A stretch of DNA of 64,000 nucleotides, taken from assembly GCF_009914755.1 (NCBI RefSeq), contig NC_060934.1; one strand, 5' to 3'. This document shows, piece by piece, positions 1 to 13,756 of this stretch. Each line of letters starts with the position of its first letter. Within the stretch, counting starts at the first letter, position 1. The stretch is from the human T2T-CHM13v2.0 reference genome, Homo sapiens. The notes under the pieces were generated by a model. That model was given only the letters and a program-made list of their open reading frames with translations, made no database searches and had not been told where the DNA came from. The position numbers were made by a program, and so were the translations under genes.

Positions 1-74
1 TATTTGTCCATGGGAGTATTTTAGACACGATAAAATAAAGTTGAGAACCACCGAACCACAGGATAAGATGCTAA

Positions 75-526
<452 letters not shown>

Positions 527-2109
527 GTAATAGTTTTTTTACCGATTACCTTTCCCCTGCTCACTTCTCATCCACATTGTTTTGATTTTTTTTTTCAAGC
601 CTATTTCAAATGTTATTTCCTCTGTGAAACTTTCCTCAAACCTTCAGAAAGTTAATTCTTTTATCCTCTGGGTTCCAAAGTTCTTTGGACCTACCTCTGA
701 CCTTGACCTTATTATACTGAATTGTAATTTTCTATTTTTTTTCCTTTTTGCATGCCCTATAGAATGCTTGACAATTACTTTGCTTATAAAATACTTATAA
801 ATAAATGAGAGAGATAATATTTTACTGATGAGAAAGCTAAGTTTCAGAGAAGATAACTAATAATCTCAGTATCACAAGGGCAAAAACCAAATCCTCACAG
901 TTCCAGTTTAGGGCTCTGTTCACTTTCTAATTCAATTTCCTGTTTGAGGAGACCCACAACTTCTGGTTGGCTAAACTGCCTCCATATTTAACATGTCCTT
1001 CTTAGGTTAGACAAGCTGGGCTATTCTGAGCTCAGTCATTCCAGTATCTCATCACATTCCTCTTGATGCATTTCTTCTGTCTAATGTACTTCCTGTCAGT
1101 TTCATTAATCTTTTTCTGTATAATTTCTTTTTATCATTGTGTTCTGGAGTGCCATCTTTGCCCATTTTCTTTTGGTATCAGATCAATTTTTAATTTGCGG
1201 CTTCTGTTTCTGTGACATTTTTAGGATTTAAAATTCCATTCTCTGCACTTGTTATCTCAAACCACAGAAAAGCAGTTGAATGTAATTGCAACAAAACATA
1301 AAATTAAAATAAGGACATACACAAAAAAGATAAAGTCACTGGGGAGGCAAGGACATTATGATCATATGCAAGAAAATGGGAAAGAAAAGTTTCACAGAGC
1401 CCAAAGCAATGACTACGTTCAAGGATAAGTGCTAGTGAGAGAGAGATTGGAAAGTAGCCACTTGCACATAAATTACTCTTCGTCTCTTTCCCAGTCCTTT
1501 TCTGTGACTAACCAACCCCTACCTACTTACAAGTCATAGGTTCCAGCAGCCTCACTGTTAATTTTACTCTTGCTTAGGACAAACCCTATAATCCTCCCAC
1601 TTACATGCTGAAACACTGGATGGTCATCCTAAGTTGCCCCTTCCTCCTGAAGAAGCTTTTTGCCCCAAACAGCAATTTGCTTCCAGGGCCATTCCTCCAA
1701 ATGTCCATGGGTAGCACATACCTTCTTCACATTGTCATTGCCTTGCATATAGCAGGACCTTACTAAACACTGACCAAGAGCCTGTGCATATGAAACATAT
1801 GAATGGAATCCAGTAGATCAATGCAAATAACCCTCTAAAAAGTCTTGTCGTCTTCCACTATCACTTGCCTAATATCATGATACTCAACTTCATTCATTCA
1901 TTCAACCCTTACTTCATTCATCCATTCAGTTCATTCAACCCTCACTTCCAGGACACCCACCCTAGATTATTAACTGACTGTGGGGTCAAATTGATGTTCT
2001 TTCACCAAGAACATTCATTCAGTATTCTCCTTTGAAAGCCTTCCTAATCCTGGGTGGTTAGGAATATAAATATTACATGGGTTATAAAATAAATAGTTGA
2101 TAAGTGTGG

Positions 2110-2290
2110 GCAATACTGAATAGTGTAATGGATAAGAGTGCTGGTTCTAGAGTCAGATGAGCCTCAGTTTGAACTCCAATTTTACTACTTAAAAAGCTCT
2201 GTTGGCTTGAGCAAATCACTGGTTTATTTAATAGATTAATAATATATATTGCACTCAATAAATGGCATTTATAACCCAAAAGGTAATATA
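2110..2290 (+). mobile_element. MIR fragment
   Basis: Degenerate MIR core (ggttctagagtcaga...tttgaactc...ttgagcaaatcact). Confidence 0.55.
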
Positions 2291-2666
2291 ATTATTATAT
2301 TTCTGTAAGTTAATGATGCATTTTTCACAATTCAATGCTTTTGAAATCAGGACATTATTCAAAATCAATATCAAATGAAACTTGCCTACTGTTTACCCTC
2401 TCCCTTCCCAGTTGTTATTAAATTAATGGTGAATTCTCTAATATTTGTTCTAAGATTCAAGGAAATATTTGTATCTAAGAATCAAGGAAATTAAGGTTCA
2501 TGGAATGACAATGACTAAAACTTTGGTGTTCTTTGGTGGTAAACATATCTTTCAGGTTAGACTCCCCAACTATAATATTTTTCATGTCTTGTATATGAAG
2601 GCCAAGAGTCAAAGTTTCCCTTAGGTCATATTCTCCCATTTGCAGATGCACAGCCAAGTGGGGTCA

Positions 2667-2870
2667 CAGAGGCTAATTTACCGAGAAGTTCATGGAGCTT
2701 AAATTTCCAGCTCCCTGCTTTCACAGGCATCTAACAATATCCTAAGAAGGGCTCTGCTAATGTGTTCATATGGTCAAATATTTACATAATTTGCAGATTT
2801 CCTTGTTTTATTTTCCTTATAAAGGTCCCCATTGTATAAATGTCAGGCCCCATAAAACTCAGAACACTCA
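2667..2870 (+). mobile_element. hAT-Tip100 (Zaphod/MER115-like) DNA transposon fragment
   Basis: Starts cagaggctaatttacc..gaagtt..gagctt, resembling the Zaphod-type terminus. Confidence 0.5.
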
Positions 2871-2934
2871 TTGATGTTATCCCGAGGTATTAATGTGGTA
2901 CAGTTTGTATCTGGGGTCCTGTGCCTTCTGAGTA

Positions 2935-3808
2935 CGGGTGACCCTTAAACGACATGGGTTTGAACTGTGCAAGTTCACTTATACATTAATTTACATCAGT
3001 GGAAGTTACACTGGGTGCACGTGCCTCTCCTTTCTGCCCTTCTACCTCCCCCACCTCTTCTGCCTCTGCCATTCCTGAGACAGCAAGACCAACGCCTCCT
3101 CTTTCTCCTCCTCATCCTACTCAATGTGAAGACAAAGAGGACAAAGACCTTTATGATGATGATCTGCTTCCACTTAATAAATAGTAAATATATTTTCTCT
3201 TTCTTATGATTTTATTTTCTTTCTTTTTATTCCCTTTTTATTTTTGGAAACAGGGTCTTGTTTTGTTGCCCAGGCTGGAGTGCAGTGGCAGGATCCCAGC
3301 TCACTGCAGCCTCAACCTCCCTGGGCTCAAGCAATCCTCCCACCTCAGCCTCCCAAGTAGCTAGTATCACAGGCATGTGATACCATGCCCAGCTAATGTT
3401 TGTTTTCTTTTTTTGTGTGTGTGTGTAGATATGGGGTTTTGAAATGTTACCCAGGTTGGCCTCGAACTCCTGGCTCAAATGATTCACCTGCTTTGGACTC
3501 CCAAAGTGCTGAGATTACAGGTGTGAGCTGCCACGCCCAGCCCATGATTTTCTTAATAACATTTTCTTTCTTCTAGCTTACTTTATTATAAAAATATAGC
3601 AGATGATACAGGTAACAGACAAAATATGTTTATCAGTTAGGCTTATGTTATGTTATCAGTGAGTCTTCTGTTATGTTATCAGTAAGGCTTCTGGTCAACA
3701 GCAGGCTATTAGCAGTTAAGTTTTGGGGGAGTCAAAAGCTGTAAATGAATTTTCGACTATGCAAGGGAGTCAGCGCCTCTAACCCTCATGTTATTCAAGG
3801 GCCAACTG
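2935..3808 (+). mobile_element. Tigger2a/2b (TcMar-Tigger) non-autonomous DNA transposon, split by an AluJ
   Basis: TIRs (c)gggtgacccttaaac...ttcaagggccaactg, TA on both sides, and the characteristic internal gagacagcaagaccaac...gaagac...ctttatgatgat. Confidence 0.85.
3215..3542 (-). mobile_element. AluJ SINE inserted in Tigger2
   Basis: Diverged Alu dimer with J-type features (gctcactgcagcctcaacctccctgggctcaag) and TSD atgatttt. Confidence 0.9.
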
Positions 3809-4934
3809 TATTTCCTTGGCGCGTGTTTCTCTTCCCCTCCATCAAAACCTGCTCTTGGGAAAGGATCTTCTATTTACCTTTAAAGCCTTAGTGTGAATTT
3901 AAGCCAGTGTAGTCTACCTCTTCCCAGATTGCTTACATTCTTCATCATCATCCTAATGTAGAATGAAAGATTGTTCACTCAAATGAAATGTCTGAAACAA
4001 ACAGACTGAAATATTATTCGGGGCCACAAAAAGACTTTTCCATCACTCCTAAATAGATACACTGAAGATACTTTCCTACTATGTCTATACATAGGCATAG
4101 CTCATAGGGCTGTCTAAACTGATTTCCATCTATTCAACACTACCACAAAGTTAGCAGCAGATAAGTTTCTTCTGCAGTGTGAACAGCAAAGACAGCACAT
4201 ATAAATGTGAATGAGATAAGACATTACTTCTTTTATACTTCAGGTGCTTTATTCTGCTCATTCACCTGCCCCTCGCTTTGTGCATCCTTCCCTCCAACAT
4301 GTATTGAGCACCTGCTATGTGATAGGCACTGGGACATTGAAATAAGCAGTCAATATTGCCAAATGAATGAGGGAATTAATGAATTAATCAAACAAATACT
4401 GATTTTTGTGGTGATACTACTGTTCTTACCCTAGTAATGTGTTTTCATTTTCCAGTTTTCTCCATTAGAGAAGACTAATATTATCATTGTCCTCATGTTT
4501 CCTTTAATTGTGCCTCGAGTTATTCTATGGTGCTCAAGAAGAAGTGGGTTTTTGTTTGTTTGTTTTGCTCTTTTCTTCTTATTTACTAAGAGGATCAAAT
4601 AAGCAGGTAAACTGGAAAGCTGGTTAAAAGCAAGAATTTCTTTTAAAATCTATTAATTACTTCAAAGAAATTACATGTCCTTCTTCCTTACTTCCATGGT
4701 CCTGCAACTACAATATATTGGAAGAAGTGGCATAATGTCACTACATTTATTGAGACTTCAAAAGAGTTGATCTTTATTAAATATAAACAGTCATAAGCAA
4801 TGATAACAAATGAATAATCATGCTCATATGACGAACCATACAAACCATTCCTTTATCCATACATGTCTACCACGAGTGGTTCTCTGATCATACCCTAAGA
4901 AGAACTGTATAAATTAGAGAGTCTAACTTTTAGG

Positions 4935-5200
4935 TGTTAGCCTCAATGTCACTTTCTCTGAGAGGACTTCCCTGATTTCCTTTCCCTCACAAACTAAGGT
5001 GGGTACTTCCCACCATGGACTCCTAGAGCACCCTGTAATAGGAATCATAACATCTTATTACTGTTGCTTGCTTAATTATCAGTTTTCCCCACTGGACCAT
5101 AAAGTCTATGAAGACAAGCATCACGTCAGTCTTGCTCACCATTTTATTCTCAGGGACCTGGAAAATTCTAAGAATGTTACAAATAGTCAATAAATGAAGG
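4935..5200 (+). mobile_element. L2 3' fragment
   Basis: ctcaatgtcactttctctgagaggacttccctga ... caataaatgaa, typical of the L2 3' end. Confidence 0.6.
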
Positions 5201-5528
5201 AAGGAAGGGAAGAAAGAAGGAAATGAAGGCAAATAGAATGACTACTATAAAGAAGATAGTAAGAAATGCTGTGAGGTATGGAGAAAAGAGAACTGTTACA
5301 TACTGTTGGTGGGAATGTAAATTTGGACATCCATTATGGAAAACAGTATGGAAGTTCCTCAAAAAGCTAGAAATATAACTACTGTATGATCCAGTAATCC
5401 CAGTACAGGGTATGTATCCACAAGAAAATAAGTATGCCAAAGAGATACCTGCACTCTCATGCTCACTGCAGTACTATTCACAATAGTCAAGTTATGAAAT
5501 CAACCTGTCTCCATCAACAGATGAACGG

Positions 5529-5897
<369 letters not shown>

Positions 5898-6266
5898 TCA
5901 TTTGAGGCAACATGAATGAGCCTGGAGGACATTTGTTTAGGTGAAATAAGTGAGGCATAGAAAGATAAATACCACATATGTTCTTGTTCATATGTGGAAG
6001 CTAAGAAATTTGATCGCATAAAAGTAGAGAGTAAAACAGTGGTTACTAAAAGCTAGGAAGGGTGGGGAGTGGAGATAGAAGAGGCTGGTGAACAAATCCA
6101 AAATTACAGCCAGATAAAAGGAATACATTCTAGTGTATGATAGCACTGTAGGGTGATTATAATTAACATAATTTATTGTACAATTTCTAATGGCTAGAAG
6201 ATTTCGAATGTTCCCAACACAAAGAAATGATAAATGTTTGAAGTGATAAATGTGTGAATTATCCTG

Positions 6267-6569
6267 TTTTTTTTTTGTTTTTTTTTTGAAACAGAGTCTC
6301 GCTCTGTTGCCCAGACTGGAGTGCAATGGCGTGGTCTTGGCTCACTGCAACCTCCGCCTCCTGGGTTCAAGTGATTCTCCTGCCTCAGCCACCTGAGTAG
6401 CTGGGATTACATGTGCCTGCCACCATGCCCGGCTGATTTTTGTATTTTTAGTAGAGACGGGGTTTCACCATGTTGGCCAGGCTGGTCTCAAACTCCTGAC
6501 CTCAGGTGATCTGCCTGCCTCAGCCTCCCAAAGTGCTGGGATTACAGGCATGAGCCACTGTGCCCAGCC
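6267..6569 (-). mobile_element. AluSx-type SINE
   Basis: Dimer containing cctcaggtgatc, with TSD-like ttatcct on both sides. Confidence 0.92.
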
Positions 6570-7879
6570 AAGTTATCCTAGTTTGATCATTACACATTGT
6601 ATACACGTATTGCAATATCATTCTGTACCCCATAAGTATGTACAATTATTATATGTCAATTAAAAATAATTTTAGGAAAAAGGAAGGAAGAAAGGAAGAA
6701 ATTTTTCAAATATTGGGGAAGCCAATTGTTGAGTTTAGTTAGTATTCAAAATGCAATAATATGGACAGTACTTTTGGAAACACTTCCTTTATGACTGGGA
6801 TTTCACCAACTCCTTTCTGTGCTTATTGAATTACTGAAAATAATATCAAAAAGTGTTATTTCCTCTTCTGATTCCTCTAGGAGATGAAGACACAAATCAC
6901 AGAGTCCAAATGACTTCAGCCAAAGTGGTTCTTCTGGGTTCTTAAGTCATTGTTTTGGAGTCAGCCCAGCTATCCAGACTATACCATCTGCACTGTGTCC
7001 TGAACTTTCTCAATTTCCCATCTGACTCTTCCCTGTATTTTTAGATTATCAACTCTTTCCTTTGACTCATCTCCCAATGTACACATGATCATCATCATTC
7101 TAATGAAAGGGAAAGAGTGTGTGGATCATCCAAAGGGGTGAGTTGTCCACACACTGCTCAAACATGTCTCTATTTGGCTTTCAAATGCATCATGTAGATT
7201 TTCATATAACCAGATAATTCACCCACTGCTCAGAAAACTGAGAATTCTTCTCTAAGTGGCAATCCAAATTTGCAAACCACAGCTGTTTTTAGCAATTGAG
7301 TCATTGTCTTTCAGGTGCCAAAAATATCACCTATCATATTCCCCAGAGTTCAAAAAAAAGAGGAAAGAGGAGAAAAAGCAAAGAACAAGTTGAGGATAAA
7401 GGTAATGTAAAGCTTCTCTAGTCACAGAAATTATTAAAAATAGCTATAATAACTATAACAACAATAATAATAGCAATAAGAACTAGCATTCAATAACAAT
7501 GAACAAAACAGGGCTTTCTCACATGACTTTCCTAATCTACCTAAGAGGGAGGGAGAATAGTATCCTTAGCATCTTCATTTTACAAACAAAGAGACAACAT
7601 CAGAGAAATCAAGTAAGTGACTGGCCCAAAGCCACACAGCTATACTTAAGCCAGGCCATCAGACTTCAAATCCTGGGCCCAATACCCTATTCAAACAGCC
7701 TTACCAGTGATTTATCAAGCCACTCCCACATGGCGTCATTTTGGTGAAAAATCTGCCCCTTTTCTACCACTGTGGGCCTAATGGGGTCCTTAGGACTTCA
7801 CTTCTACAAAGAGAGAAGAAACAAAGTACATTTCTAGCTTTGGGGTGAAGGTTCTAGGTATATAGACAGTAAAACCTTA

Positions 7880-8495
<616 letters not shown>

Positions 8496-8963
8496 ACATA
8501 AAACCTAACTTGGCCCATCTCTGAAATGGTTTGAGGAACTTGCAAGAAAGCCATTTGGCTAGTGGGCCCTAGTTTGCACTTTGGACCCTAATTCCCAAGA
8601 ACCCTCCTCCCCACCCACCAGGGACTTCAGGAACAGTCAAAGCAACATTTCAACAATCAAAGTTTGGGGATCCTTGTCTAGTCTCCTAGCTCTCATGTCC
8701 CCAGGGAAGGCCAGTGCTTAGCACACCTTGGGTTGTGGTGAGAGAGACTCTCCTCTTGGAGGCCCTAACGACTGGGTCCAGACTGCTTTAGCCAATGAGA
8801 AGTCTATCCAGTGGTTCAAATCTCAGGGAATCTGTTATCCAGCAACACCTCTAGCGTATACTCACTTAAGGTAATATCTGGCAAGAGCTTTGTAAAAGAG
8901 AATCAGGGGAAAAAAACAGGGAAATGACTTAAAGCCTACTAAATGAAACAGGGAGGATGAAAC

Positions 8964-9411
8964 TGTGGAAGATCATATTTTCCAAAAATGACTGCAAAAA
9001 CATTTCTGGTCTTACATGCTTTTCCAGAATCTTGCCACTCCCGCATTGAAAGGAGGAGTTTATTTCTTTTCGCCCTGAAGCTTGGTGGGTCTTGGCGACT
9101 ACTTCAATGAACAGGATATGGCTAATGTGATGCCATGTGACTTCTGAGGGTAGGTTAGGAAAAGTGATACAGCATCACGTGTCAGAGACGGGAGTGAACA
9201 AGCCTTCTGATGGTCCCAGATACTAACCTTTCAGTAATCCCTGCCTTTAGGTCTTTTAGCTCAAGCTTCAGATATCATGGAGCAGAGACAAACCATTCCC
9301 TCTGTACCCTTTGAGAATTCCTGACCCATACAATGCATTGGCTTAATAAATGGCTGTTTTATGCTACTAAGTTTTGGGGTAATTTGTTGCACAGCAAGAG
9401 ATAATCAGAAT
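8964..9411 (+). mobile_element. MLT1 (ERVL-MaLR, MLT1H-like) solo LTR
   Basis: MLT1 3' signature aataaatggctgttttatgctactaagttttggggtaatttgttgcacagcaagagataa. Confidence 0.75.
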
Positions 9412-10849
9412 AGGAGCCCTGGCTTGAGGGGACCCTGGGCATGTTCTGTTTGCAATTGCCAAAAGGTAAGTTCAGACCCTGCTGCTAAGCCTAGCCCTCC
9501 CTGCCAGTTGCTTTCTGCATATAGGTCATCTCTCAGGGGCTCTACTGTTCCTCCCAGTGACAGCACTTCCCCTTCCCCTTCTAAGTCCATTAGGTTTGTT
9601 TTTAAAGATCTGAATACCAATTGCACGCAGAGTTTTAGCTCTTTTCCTTAAGTTTCTTGGGCCCTGGATAAATCAGGAAGTAAGTTATTTCAGTTTTCAA
9701 ACTGGTTTATATGGTTAAGGCATATGCAGTGCGGGACGGTAATGGGAAGTGGGGATAAAGGAAAGAACCTAACTTCCAACACCTTTGTCTTAGTTCTAAC
9801 CTACAGCCACTTGCTATACTTAAATAATAACATGAGCACAGTTAGAACCTTCACTCTCAGTGCCTTGATAGAACTGAATCATTTTACTTCCAACAACAGC
9901 CCTTTGATCAAACTCAAGACTGGAAAAGCCAAAACTATAGGAACTTGACTATCTTGTACACTATTGTAATATAAACACTTAGAACAGTTTCTAAATATAC
10001 TAAGCACTCAATAAATATTTATTGAATGAAGCAATAAACAAATGAATTAATGACAGAAAATTCTTCCCTCCTTCTAGAGGGCAATATGTAATATCAGATT
10101 AGCATAATGTGCTTAGAAAGCTAGAGTATTCAATAGGTTAACATTCTATTACATTAGGTAATATGTTTTCAATCTGCTGAAAGTAAGTGTTAAAACTTAC
10201 TTTACCTTGAGGGCAGAGACCATGTCTTATACCACTTTGTATCCCCAGCATCTGACACTTTGCCTTAGGTACTTGCTAAATGCTCAGTGAATATTTTTCA
10301 CCAAATGAATATCAAACAGGGACTGGTAGAAATATTTCAAATCATTTAGTTCTCCTAGGCTTTGCCTAGTGGAAGGCAGTGACAGATAAGGGTGCTGGCC
10401 AATGCACCTGATCCCTGGAGGGATCAGATTGGGATGTAGTAGTTCAGAAGCTCTGAGGCTTCTCAGCCTATCAAACTCTTGAGAACAAGAGAATTCCAGA
10501 GGCTGTTTATAATCTGAGTATGACATTGGGATGAATACAAAAAAGGTCAAGACCTCCACTTTAGCTCTCAAAATTGATGTTCTATGATTTATTCAAATAG
10601 GATTTCCTTTCAGAGCTATAAATGAGCTATTCATTTGTCTATTTATTAATTCATCTCATATTTATTGAGGGCCTACCTGTTATAATTTTTCTGCAAAGAT
10701 TTGTTTAATCCGCTCGAGAAATAGCCAACTATTCAAAGGGTCCCCATTCCCTGGAAAAGAACCTTAACTGGGCAACAAAAGATAATAATATATTTTAGAG
10801 GCCCATGGCAATTGTAGATGTAAGATCCTCACAATTTAGAATTAACTAA

Positions 10850-11030
10850 TCCAGTAGTTCAAAATGTGATCCATAATTGGCATTATGGAAAATCACTTGA
10901 CAGATGATTAAAAATAGAGACCTCTGGGAGCCACTCCAGCCATATTAAATCAGAACAACAGGAGTGAAATTAGAAACTTTAGTGAGCACCACTGGTGATT
11001 TTGATAGTACTCAAGTCTGAGAATCACTGA
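10850..11030. mobile_element. MER5-type hAT-Charlie MITE
   Basis: cagtagttcaaaatgtg ... ggtgattttgat...aagtctgagaatcactg termini. Confidence 0.6.
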
Positions 11031-11334
11031 CCAAAGGTGTGCTGATAGCACTTACATGCAATTGCTTAATATAATATAGCTTTCCTCTCAATTTTACAAA
11101 ATTAAGATCTTACTTGGCTAATTCTAAGACACCTAGGAACAGTGTAAATATGGCTCAGAATTGCCAGTGCCCAGACTGGAATTTCACTGAATGAATATAA
11201 TCATTTTCTCCTTAAAGTAACCTAAAATAAACCCCTCCAAAAAAGAAAATATCAAGTAAATCTATTCTTCCCTTATGAAACTCACAAGAAGCAAACTATA
11301 AACAAATACTTCATATTAAAATAGACATGCTTTA

Positions 11335-11651
<317 letters not shown>

Positions 11652-11876
11652 TTAAACCTTGATATGGCACACACAGACCCTTTTCAATTTGAAAAACAAT
11701 AAATGACAGGCAACAACTGTGATGGGGAGCTTGTGACCATGCCCATCTAGACTGCACTATTTTCCTATTTTTCTACTCTGGTTCCCACAGTGCTGATGCC
11801 CAGCTGGGACTTTGTGTCTTTTTCCTTGTCTTACCCCCAGAATCGCTCCTTTTCTTCCCAGGATACTTTTACTCAC

Positions 11877-11970
11877 TTTCTGAATTTTCCTAATCTGGTC
11901 AGAGAGTGTGTCTAACAGGCGAGTTTTCAGGAAGTCCATCACCTTGACCACCCGGCCATCAATGTAGCAA
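11877..11970 (-). CDS. HPSE2: Heparanase-2 internal coding exon (exon 7, 94 nt, phase 2-0): (H)CYIDGRVVKVMDFLKTRLLDTLSDQIRKIQK
   Basis: Acceptor tctgattcttattttatttttattccag| with a branch-like CTGAT near 11994, and donor AAA|gtgagt. The peptide matches the HPSE2 GH79 TIM-barrel region. It overlaps ORF 11757..11951. Confidence 0.97.
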
Positions 11971-13149
11971 CTGGAATAAAAATAAAATAAGAATCAGATA
12001 AAATCTCAAGCAAGGGATTATAAATACACTTCTCTAGCCCAAGGTCTCTGTTGCCCGAGGAAACAAACCAGGGTTCCACTCGGGCTCTCATATTCTAAAA
12101 GGTTTTGAACCTGGGTACTTTTCAAACAAATAATAACCTTTTTATCTTCTCCATTTCCACCACTATTTGTGGGCTAATACTGTTATTTTTTTCAGCTTTT
12201 GTCACGTGAAACCCCATTGCTTACTTGCTGGAATTGATGGAAATTCCATAATACAAATTGGATAATGAGGAATACTTTTTTTTCCCCTTGAGAAAGTAAT
12301 TTAACACCCATCCCATGCCCATCACTAATCCCACCTTAAAGTAATAAAGGTATGTGAGAGGTTTGAAAGAATACTCAATCATTTTAATAAATTTTTCCAT
12401 ATCTTTAAATAAGAAAATAAACACGAAAGCAAAAATCTGACTTAGTGTAGTGAGTGAGTCTCCAGCTCATTCCTGTGGGCGAACACTCTGTAGTCAACCT
12501 ACTACCAAAATATGCTGTGGTTGCCTACTACCTCCAGAATGAATGAACAAACTAATGATGAATGTACAAAGGTGGAAGGGCCCTCTCCTAAAATAGTAAC
12601 AACTTGATACTCATTGGTTTTTGTTTTGATTTGGTTTTTCTTAGCTTAAATGAAATATTAAGTTGTTGACACTATGTTGTAAATATTTGACCAAAACAGG
12701 CCCATCCAGCTTTGTGGAGATATCCTTTGTGAGACTCTTTGCTGAAGATTAAGCTAAGGCTGACACAGGGTTAGGTGATCTTCGTTACCTCAGACCTTCC
12801 CTTACCCCCATCTTGGCAAAGTTCTGAATTCAATCAATTTCTAAATGCTTGTGATTCCTGGGTGCCTTTTCCAATCCACTAAGTTATCCTTGGTTGTTGG
12901 CTAATGATAAATTATTTCATTTTTAAGAAGCAGCCACCCATCACTACATATTATAGAACTATGTGAAAATTATTTTCAATGTCAACTTGCCATACCAACA
13001 TGTGATGTATTGGAATGGTTAATTTTTAAATTTTTGTTTTATTGTAAGGCAGGTACTTTAGTTGAGGTAAGGGTGGTAGATGATCTACCTACTCAGCTTT
13101 CCTTTTGGCCTCACTTATGACTTTACAACATTTCCACAGAATCCAGTGC

Positions 13150-13385
13150 TTAAACCATTGGAATGTTGGAGCAAATTTGGCTTTTAGCCAGAAATATCTG
13201 ACTTCAAATTCCAGATCTGGTATTAATAACTATATGATCTTGGGCAAGTTACGTAGTCTCTATGGGCCTCAGTTTTTTTATTCTTAAATGGGGGATAATA
13301 TATCTTCTCCTCAGGCTTGAGAATTAATGAGCTAACAGATGTAAAGTTCCTGGCATACAGTAGGGACTGAACAACTTTTAGTTCT
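13150..13385 (+). mobile_element. MIR
   Basis: ttcaaattccagatctg...gatcttgggcaagttac...gggcctcagtttt...aaatgggggataata. Confidence 0.75.
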
Positions 13386-13680
13386 TCCTAATTGTCACCT
13401 CACAAAGATGGGATTATAAACAATAGGAGACTGATTAATTAAGTTATGTGTAAATATAGAACACTATAACAGTGGAATTTCTGTGCTGGGGGTACATGTA
13501 TTTGAAAATTTTTGATGGTTACTTATATCAGGAAATAAAATAATAACATGTCCTTTGCCTCATCCCTTGTATAGATGCCAGACTCAGATCCAATAAACAT
13601 TTATTATGTGCAACACATAGTGCTGGGCATATCCATGTCCATTATCCTATCTCATAACCTGTTCATAGTAGTACTTCTTC

Positions 13681-13756
13681 ATTAGCACCTCTGATTTTTG
13701 GAAAAAGATCAGATACTTAATTAGCACCTCTGATTTTTGAAAAAAAGATCAGATAC
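13681..13756. repeat. Two-copy tandem duplication, period 39 bp
   Basis: attagcacctctgatttttg(g/a)aaaaa(a)gatcagatac starts at 13681 and again at 13720. Confidence 0.9.

Noticed and set aside
2967-3209. Pro/Ser- and Asp-rich ORFs
   Set aside because: They derive from Tigger2 internal sequence.
13681-13756. Palindromic direct repeats of about 36 nt, superficially CRISPR-like
   Set aside because: Only two copies with a 3-nt gap, no spacers and no cas genes, in a primate intron.
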